Below, in pieces: positions 11,541 through 20,000 of a stretch of DNA of 64,000 nucleotides. The notes below the pieces were generated by a model. It made no database searches. It was not told where the DNA came from and saw only the letters and a list, made by a program, of their open reading frames with translations. Both the position numbers and the translations under genes were made by a program. Source of the stretch: Cyanophora paradoxa CCMP329 (lineage: Eukaryota > Plantae > Glaucophyta); assembly GCA_004431415.1 (NCBI GenBank), contig QPMI01000612.1, positions 1-64,000 of the forward strand. Direction: 5' to 3'. Numbering within the stretch: the stretch's first letter is position 1; every line of letters begins with the position of its first letter.

Positions 11541-11609
11541 TCGCAACCCCTCAATACACCACTGTCCTTGGTCTGCCAACAAGGCACCTCCTTTCATCAA
11601 AGAGGTACC

Positions 11610-11741
11610 TCACGCAGGGAAGGGGTCACCTTTGTAGTATCTGCTCCTCAGACTATTAAGCTTCATTCTCTCACGGAAAGCAGGATCTTGAGCACGGCGA
11701 CGAGTCACATAGGCAATTTGAGATGCCGCATGGTATGCCAT
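11610..11741 (-). CDS. Small basic hypothetical protein (MAYHAASQIAYVTRRRAQ...)
   Basis: Manual translation of 43 codons. Preceded by a promoter-like block that mirrors the one upstream of pPolB. Confidence 0.3.
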   Translation of the reverse strand: MAYHAASQIAYVTRRRAQDPAFRERMKLNSLRSRYYKGDPFPA

Positions 11742-11885
11742 TTTAATTCTTGTTCCTCTACACTATAGGTAAGATTTTATTCTTTAAATGCTGATTCTAT
11801 TCGTTTTTTTAGCGCTGCGAATTGTCCACAATATAAACATTTAAAGATTATTTTCGTACCTATATATAAGTACAACCCCCCAACC

Positions 11886-14800
11886 ATGCCCCGCCCCAGC
11901 CACTACCAAATTAAGGAGCTTCAGGACAAGATTCTCGGGAATCTGGCGTTCCTTCTGGCCAATCACTCCATCAGTGAAAGTGAATATGAATCTTATATTA
12001 AACAGACCAACAAGAAGCTCAAGGGGCTTCAAGCTCTCAATCGAGAGCTATTAGGGAAAATCGACGCCCTTGATGAGACTGATCGCCTTGGCCACATTCA
12101 AGTCGAACAAACTACCACAACTCAAGTCAGAGGAGATGAATACACTACCTTAATAAATGAACATCGTGCTCTTAATAATAAATACATTGATTTTACCATC
12201 AGGGCTCACCACCAGATCCTGACCACTCAAGAGTTTATAGACACCTACTCTGAGGAACTCCACACAAGGCTCCAAGATGCCATCAATTCACAGATGTCGA
12301 TTAAAACTCGCTTTACGTTTGTCTGTCGCTTTTCAAAAGCAAACAATTCGAGAGACTTTATTACCAAGCACATTTACAGCACCTATGCTATCATGACAAG
12401 ATCTCGAACCCTCACTAAAGAAACTGCGAAATTGGCTAAGGAATGCCAGTCGCAAATTAATGTCACAGACAGCTATAAACTCCAAAGCATTGAGGCTTTG
12501 AGAGTGATTGTTCTGTCCTTTAAACCCATCTCAGGAGGTGCTTTTATCCCACTCCCAGAGTGGCTCAAAAATAAAAGAGCCATTGTCAATGTTAATAACA
12601 AGGACAATAGGTGCTTTGAATACTCCATCCTGAGCTATATTCACAAGGACGAAGTAAATAGCCACAAGCGCAATGAGACTTCCCAATACAGGAGGTGGTT
12701 CAAAAAAGAACTAAATTTCGAGGGCATTGAGTTTCCTGTAAAGGCAGATGCTGATACTATTGATCTCTTTGAAAATCTCAATCCAGCAATCTCTGTTAAT
12801 ATTTACGACCCCTCTAACTCTACAGAAGAAATTAATCTACTCCACAACAGCTCCTCAAGGAACAGGAAACACCAAGTGGATCTGCTGCTAATTACAGACG
12901 AAAATGGTAACAGTCATTATACCACAATATTCAGCATGTCCAGAGTCTTAGCTAAGAATGATAAGCAGCGACTCCATTTCTGTAAAACCTGTTCCAACCA
13001 CTTCAAGACTGAGGAGAAGCTTCAATCCCACATTCAAAGCAAACGTTGTGTGGATTGGAAGACAAGTGCTGGAGAGACCCCAAAACAACCCACATTCATT
13101 GAATTTGGTCTTAAACATCTCTCAAAGACTGTATTCCTCCCCGTGATTGCCTATTGCTATTTCGATTATGAAACAGATATTTCTGGTATGTTCAAGATCA
13201 AATCAATCTCACTGACAGCTCTTCATAATAATAGAGTAGTACTCACTAAAACCCCCTCCAACATCTTTGAGCTCCTGAGTACCCTCGACAGCACAGCCCC
13301 AGAGCTATTCAAAGCCCTATTTACCAACATCCCAATGTCACTGACCAAAGAGCAGAAACGTACCCATTACCTTGCTAAAACCTGCTACATCTGCCAAGGT
13401 GATTTCACCCAAGACAATTATAAAGTGAGGGATCACGACCACCAAACTGGCGATTTTGTGGGCACAGCATGTCGCAAATGTAATCTCCACAGACGCACCA
13501 GCAATCTCACCAAGATTCCCATAGTGACCAATGATCTGTCCCTATCTGGAACGCAGATATTCAAGGCAGTCGCCTTAAATCCCGAAAAAAGGGTGGAAGT
13601 CCTCGCGAAATCGTTTGACAACTACATGTCGATCACCTGGGGCTGTTTCAAATTCATTGACATCAAAAACTTTATTGATTATGGCGTCCAGAATGTCAAT
13701 GACCTTCAAGAAAAGTTCCAGCTTTTCCGCCAGAAATCACACAAAACTTTTGGGATGGATGCTGTCCACTATGTCTCAAGTCCGGGGCTTTCGTGGGACA
13801 GCATGCTATCGATTACCAAGCCTAAAATCGAGCTTCTTTCCAACCTTGATATGTACAACATGGTTGAAGGCATGATCAGGGGAGGCCTTTCGATTATGAA
13901 TCATAAATATGCCAAAAAGGAAAGGGACAGACACATTATATATTTGGATGCCAATAACCTATATGGATATGCCCTGTCCCAAACGCTACCCCTCTCGAAT
14001 TTCCAATGGCACCCAGAACCCTCAAATTACGACCTGTCATCAGCAGAGGGGGCCATCTTAGAAGTTGACATCCATTATCCCCAGCACCTCCATCAACTCC
14101 ACAAAGAGCTACCTCTTGTTATCAAGAGAGCAGAGGATGGACTACAAGCAGCCTGCGAAGACATTTGTAATTATGTGGTGTCGAAACCTTTGCTCCAATT
14201 CATGGTAGCGCAAGGCTTAAAGGTCACCAAAATCCACAGGGTGCTAACATTTACTCAGGCTGCCTTTATGAAGCCTTACGTCGAATCCAATGCCCAAAAC
14301 CGCAAAGCAGCCCCTTCCAAACCCGAAAAGGACTTCTTTAAGATCATGAACAATAGCCTTTTTGGCAAAACCATTGAGAAAGTGAGAGGAAGGTCTAATG
14401 TCAAGATTGCCACCAACGAAAAGCAATTTATGAAATACGCCAGATCGCCCCTACTCAAAGCAGAAACAAGACTAAGCGATTCAGCAGTAGCCTTCGAAAT
14501 GCTACAAAAGATGTCAAGTTAGATAAGCCCATAGCAATTGGGGCAGTTGTTTTAGATCTTGCCAAGCTGCGCCTATTTGATTATTATTATAACACCATCA
14601 AGCGGAAATGGCCAGACTGTAAACTGCTTTTTACTGATACAGATTCGCTTTGCCTTCAAATAAATTCGAAAACTATAGCAAAAGACCTACAAGACATTGA
14701 CACCCACCCCACAGAGCTTGGCAAGTTCAAAGATGAGTTTGAGGGCAGAACCATTACTGAATATGCTGGTGTGAGGCCGAAATGCTACAGCATTAAAACA

Positions 14801-14980
14801 GATGATGAGGAAATCAAAAAGCTGGCAGGTGTTTGTAAGGAGACCATTCAAACAGATCTGTCTTTCCAAGATTATAAAGACCATGTGCTCCACCAAAAAC
14901 CCAAGCAAATCGAAATGACTGTCCAAAAGAAGCTTGAAAATGAGACCTTCAATGTGAAGATGTCAAAGATTGCTTTCTAA
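11886..14980 (+). CDS. polB: Protein-primed family B DNA polymerase (Polinton type) with vOTU-like protease and endonuclease VII-like insert; one frameshift near 14507
   Basis: NKDNRCF..GNSHY (Cys/His), CYIC..DHDH..ACRKCN, motif A YLDANNLYG, motif B KIMNNSLFGK. After the shift: KPIAIG, motif C FTDTDS (~14630-14648) and PKCYS. Confidence 0.93.
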
Positions 14981-14991
14981 TCCCAATATAG

Positions 14992-16362
14992 ATGTCATCA
15001 AAGATCACACGCAGACAAACAGAGTACGATGTGAGTATATTGCCAATCCCAATCCCTCAAGAGGAGAGAGGGGGTCGCATTCAGAAAAAGAGTGACCTCA
15101 AAGCTTTAGTTCCTGCGGATATCCCAACTGCCATTGCTGTGCCCCACTTGGATCCCTTAGCAAGGACATTCTATGACACCAAGGTAGGATTTAAAGGCCT
15201 TGCTTCATTGGCCAAAGAGCTTCCAGATGTGCCAAGAAAGACAATCCGTAGATTCTATGATGCCCAAGAAATCAACCAGATAAATAAACCCCTCCCATCT
15301 GCCAAGAAGACTGCCTATATCCCAATAAGACAGCCACTCGACTGCTATGCCATAGACCTAATCTTTTATCCTTCGTACAGCAAACAGAATCAAGGCTACA
15401 ACACATTCCTCACAGCTGTAGAAAACACCACCAGACTGGGCTTTATAATTCCCATGAGGGGAAAGACAGCAGAAAGCACATTGAACGCATTTAAGGAGCT
15501 TGAGCAACAAGTCCCTCGTCCAATTGTGAAGATACAAAGTGATGCTGGGAGCGAATTCCTGAACAAGGTATTTAAAGACCATTTAGAAACCCAGATGATT
15601 GAGCACCAAGTTTCGCAGGTTGGAGATCACAATAGCCAAGGCCGAATAGAAGCCTTTAATCGCACAATAAAGAAGCTAATTAACTCGTATTGTATAGCGA
15701 ATAATACTGTAAAGTTTTTCGACAAGCTCCAAGATTTTGCCTACAACTACAATAATACCATCCACTCAGCAACGGGGATGAAACCAGCAGAGACCACAGA
15801 GGTACATGTTCCTCTAATACTCGGAAAAGAAAACGAGAAATTCATGAAGTCAATTGAATATCTAAAAGACTATCCAGCAGGGAGCCACGTGAGAACTAAA
15901 ATAGAGAAGAGCCCATTTGCCAAACAAGGGAATAATTGGAGCCGCGAAATATTCACAATAGAAGGAGTGGAGGGGTTCAAATTTAAACTAAGGGACATTT
16001 CTGGCAAACTAATAGATCGACTTTATGCCCACTACGAATTACAGAAAGTGGAAACCGTGGAGTTCTTGGAGGCGCCATCAATAAATGTCATTGAAGAGGC
16101 AAAGAAAGAGGCCAGAACAGAGCGACTTTTGGCCAGAGAGGGGATTGAGAGGGCGCCAAACGTGCCAGATAAACCATTATTGGAGGACAGAGCAGGGAAG
16201 AAGAAGAAACAAGGGAGAGAGTTGGAGAGATTGAGGGTGGCGGGAACAGAGAGATTAGCAGGGGGAGCAGAGGCAGTAAGGTGGTATAGAGATTTCTCGA
16301 ATTCAAAGGAGACCTATGAAGCTCCAGCAATTTCCACGAGATCAAGGAGGAGGGCAGGATGA
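14992..16362 (+). CDS. Retroviral-like DDE integrase (rve), intact, no obvious C-terminal chromodomain
   Basis: YAIDL (D), IQSDAGSEF (D), GRIEAFNRTIK (E), YNNTIHSATGMKP, and the Polinton-like FAKQGNNWSREIFTI. Confidence 0.95.
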   Translation: MSSKITRRQTEYDVSILPIPIPQEERGGRIQKKSDLKALVPADIPTAIAVPHLDPLARTFYDTKVGFKGLASLAKELPDVPRKTIRRFYDAQEINQINKPLPSAKKTAYIPIRQPLDCYAIDLIFYPSYSKQNQGYNTFLTAVENTTRLGFIIPMRGKTAESTLNAFKELEQQVPRPIVKIQSDAGSEFLNKVFKDHLETQMIEHQVSQVGDHNSQGRIEAFNRTIKKLINSYCIANNTVKFFDKLQDFAYNYNNTIHSATGMKPAETTEVHVPLILGKENEKFMKSIEYLKDYPAGSHVRTKIEKSPFAKQGNNWSREIFTIEGVEGFKFKLRDISGKLIDRLYAHYELQKVETVEFLEAPSINVIEEAKKEARTERLLAREGIERAPNVPDKPLLEDRAGKKKKQGRELERLRVAGTERLAGGAEAVRWYRDFSNSKETYEAPAISTRSRRRAG

Positions 16363-16409
16363 GACATCTGTTACACATTATTGTTTTTTCTTAGCTATTG
16401 GTATTCAAA

Positions 16410-16811
16410 ATGCTTGCCAAAGGTTACCATGTGATGCTTGATTTCCAATTCAGCCAACCAATCAGCGACCATGTGGAGCTCTCTAAATGGCTCATGAATG
16501 TCAGTGAAGACATCATCAAGAAATATGGAATACAGGTTGTCCACAAACATGCTGAGATTTTTGATGGCACCAAATCACCCCCTGGATTTGCCCAAGTATT
16601 ATTATTAGATGAAAGCCATTGCTCTGCTCATTGCTACAGTGATCAAGGCATGTTAGCAATAGATATATTCAGCTGTGGAAAACAGGCAGAAAGGAATACA
16701 AGTTTAATTGCTTTTGAGCTGGAGGAGGAGATAAACAAGTATGCTATTGGTTTTGGGGCAGTGATCAAAAAGAGATTACACCATGAGAAGAGGAGGTTTG
16801 AACATGGATGA
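16410..16811 (+). CDS. speD: Prokaryotic-type S-adenosylmethionine decarboxylase-family proenzyme
   Basis: GYH near the N-terminus, PPGFAQVLLLDESHCSAHCY with the ESH autocleavage site, and DIFSCG with the conserved Cys. About 133 aa and intact. Confidence 0.85.
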   Translation: MLAKGYHVMLDFQFSQPISDHVELSKWLMNVSEDIIKKYGIQVVHKHAEIFDGTKSPPGFAQVLLLDESHCSAHCYSDQGMLAIDIFSCGKQAERNTSLIAFELEEEINKYAIGFGAVIKKRLHHEKRRFEHG

Positions 16812-16922
16812 GAGAGGGTAGAGAGGGTAGAGAGGGTAGAGGGTTATATGTAAAAATTCCCGCGAGAAGAGATTTCCCTTAGAAAGTTTACAAACAACCC
16901 TCTACCATGTCTACCCACTCCC
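16810..16922. repeat. Inverted iteron cluster 3: (GAGAGGGTA)x3-4 / AT-rich spacer / ACCCTCTAC, TCTACCC
   Basis: Tandem 9-mers at 16812-16846 with reverse-complement copies at ~16897-16917. Confidence 0.7.
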
Positions 16923-16996
16923 TGCTGGTACCCAAAAGACGTAATTAATACCCTAAGACCTAAAAGAAATGCTTACTACCTTAGTGCCTAAAACGC

Positions 16997-17075
16997 GCAC
17001 ACATAGGGATACCCCTGTTCCAAGCCTGTAGGCCGAAGGCCGGAGGGCTTGGAACAGGGGTATCCCTATGTGTGC
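16997..17075. repeat. Perfect 30-bp inverted repeat (terminal hairpin) at the element/host junction
   Basis: GCACACATAGGGATACCCCTGTTCCAAGCC (16997-17026) is the exact reverse complement of 17046-17075. The 19-nt loop contains GGCC-GAA-GGCC. Confidence 0.95.
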
Positions 17076-20000
17076 CGCGCCCGCCCTCACAGCCACGTTC
17101 GACAGCCCGGCGCTCATCGCCGGGGCCTACTACGCCGTGTGGGTCGAGGTGAAGAACGCCGCCGGCAAGACCACCCTCAGCGACCCGCTCGTCGTCCGCG
17201 TCTGGCCGAACCAGCCCGACAAGCCGACCATTACCGCTGAGATCGTCGGCGACTTCGACTACGCCGAGAGCACGTACGGCTACACGGTCAAGTTCTCGTG
17301 GACCGTCCCCGTCACGCCCCTCGGCTGGCGCGATACGGACGGGACCATGAAGACCACCTGGGACGCGTCCGGAGGCAACAAGATCACCCAGTACACCCGG
17401 ACGGCCGGCGAGCAGGACGAGACCGTCGACGCCGCCAAGACTGTCGCCCTCACCGACGCGAGCAGCGCTCGGGCCACCACCTGCGATGCTGCCGGCGCGT
17501 GCTCCATCACCTATTCCCAGATCGCCCCGGGCATCATCTACGAGTTCAAGACCAAGAGCTTCAACGGGTGGGAGCTGTCGCAGGAGGCGTCCACGACCCT
17601 CACCCTGTGGCGTGCGTGAAATTTTGGCAAAGCCAGGGTTGCCCCTCTTGCAGTCTCTTACGGTCGCCCCGTGCAGCCGTCAAGCCCTCCGGCCTGAGCG
17701 TCAGCCCGACCGTGTACAACGTCTTGGACGCGAACAAGGGCCCGATGGTGACCACCTCCGACGCCGGCAGCATCAACTTCGGCGCGCCCACCCGCAGCGG
17801 CGGCCGCGACATCGCCAAATACGTGCGCCAGATCTAGAGCTTTCAGATTATGTCGCGCTCCCGCCTGACCGACGCTTCCGCAGACGCTGGAGGTCGCCCT
17901 GCGCTCCGACTACGAGCAGGTGGAGTTCGCGAAGAAGCAGTTCTGCGCCAGCGGCTGCGCCGGCACCCTCCAGTCCCTCGCGTGCATCTTCACCGCGCCG
18001 GCGCGCCGGTGGATGCTCCTCGCGGAGCCCGCAAACTGCCCGATCGGCGAGGCGACCGGCCTCGAGCCGCACACCCTCTACAACGCGACGATCACCTACA
18101 TCAACGCGGCAGGCAACGAGTCCGATGTGCACTCGCTGGACTTCCGCACGAAGTACATCGGCCCGTACCAGCCGCGGCTGCCGAGCAACGGCGACACCGT
18201 CGACATCCAAGTCGTGCAGTCGGAGCCCCTGGACACCACCGCGGACGCGGCCGAGTCGTCGAAGGAGTTCAAGATCAAGTGGAGGCGCCCGTCTTACTCG
18301 GGCGGCCCCAACGTCGCCATCACCGAGTACACCGTCTGGTACCAGGAGGTCGAGGAGCCGGCGAGCGACGTCTGGACCAAGGTTGCGGGTGGTGCGGGCA
18401 CGATTACGGTCGCTGCCGGCACGGACGCGGCGGACGCGACCTACGAGAGCGGCCTCTTCAACGTCGACAAGCGTGGCGTCTCCTACGTGTTCAAGGTGCG
18501 ATGCATCCTACTAGATCTAGACCTGCGCCACAAGTTTGTTCGGCGTATTTAATTTCCTAATTTTGCCTCCCTCCTCTCTGCAGGTCGTGGTCAAGAACGA
18601 GTACGACCTGACGAACGAGACCGTCTCCGATTCCGTTTACGTCAAATGTGCGGGCTGGTTTTCTAATTTACCGGCTGATTCTTCTATTTTACTTCGTGTG
18701 CAAATATTTGACGTTAACGCCGTCGCGTTTGCGCAGACGAGGAGCCGGATGCGCCGGTCGTCGTGATTGACATGGACAACGCGGAGCTGAACGAGACGAA
18801 CGCGCAGCGCTGCTGGGACGTGCCGGTCTCCTGGTCCGTGGAGTACAGCGGCGACGCCGCTCCGAACGCCGCGTCGCTCACGTACGACGTCGTCTGCTAC
18901 GAGACGGCCGTCGGCGCGAGCGCGGCCATCCTGACCCTGACGGACGTGACCGACACCTCCGCCACCATCCAGTGCGCGAAGCCCAAGACGGAGTACACGT
19001 GCGCATCGCTTGGAGCCCCAAGCCCCTCCATGCCGCAACAAGATCTAGAACTGTGGCAGGAAGCTGCGCGCACCCTGACCGGTGCTACTCTGTGTGCAGG
19101 TGCAAGGTCACCGCCAAGAACGCCGACGACAGCAAGGACGCCACCGACACTGAGACGACCCCGGGTGGGCGCTCTTCGGCGGCGGCCTGTCTTCCCCATT
19201 CCAATCCCGTCTTTCTCACGCATTGCGTCCGCAGTCATCACGCCGGGCGTCCCCAGCCCGATCAATCTTGAGCTTACAGGAACAGCAACGCTGCCGACCG
19301 GGAAGCTCACCTGGGGCAGGCCCTCCGACACGGGCGGCGAGGCCGTGGAGTACACGATCGTCGTGTACCCCGATGCGTACACCCAGCCGAACTCGTGGAT
19401 GTCGGCTTCGTACACGTGCGCGCCGAAGCGTTTTCGTTTGTGCTTATTTCAATTTAGCGGGCCTTGATCTCGATCATGGCGCGTCCCCTTCGCAGTCTGA
19501 ACCCGAACACCAACCCCTGGACTCTCTCGGCGCCAGTGGTCGTGTACGCCGGCCTCGGCACCGCGGCCCTTAACCCCGCCTCTATTCACACATCTGCGAC
19601 GTTTGACATGCCGGTCATCGAGTTCGAAGTGCGCCCCGGCACAACGGTCTACGCGAACGTGACCGCCTACAACTCCGCCGGCAACCGCGGCCCGCGCAGC
19701 AGCCAAGTCGTCCGCACCTTAATATTTCTAGCTCGCCTGAAAGTGCACGTAACTGATCCCGCCGCAGATCGACGTCCCCTGCATCGCGCCGACCGTGCCG
19801 CGCGACGTGACGGCGTGGCGGTACAACACCTCCTCGTGCCCGTCCACCACCTGCATCTGGCTCAACTTCACCGAGCCGGCGTACACCGGCGGCGAGAAGT
19901 GCAACGTCACCGAGTACGAGGTCACCGCGACGCCCTCGGGCGATGCGTCGGCCGCCGCCGCCGGCGCTGGTCGCAAGCTCCTGGAGACTGTCGGGGGCAC

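Larger units (their letters stand above)
1..17073. mobile_element. Endogenous Polinton-like virus / Maverick-type element, right portion (left end outside window)
   Basis: AT-rich intronless block with an abrupt switch to GC-rich intron-rich host DNA at ~17074. Encodes pPolB, rve integrase, A32 ATPase, penton-like and MCP-like genes and an SF3 helicase, the hallmark Polinton/PLV gene set. Confidence 0.93.

Noticed and set aside
14495-14525. Programmed -1 frameshift in pPolB
   Set aside because: There is no canonical X XXY YYZ slippery heptamer. Loss of one A from a homopolymer explains it and matches the other lesions in the element.
1-17073. Adenain-type capsid maturation protease of canonical Polintons and virophages
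   Set aside because: No matching motif seen. It may lie beyond the left edge or be absent as in many PLVs, so no claim is made.
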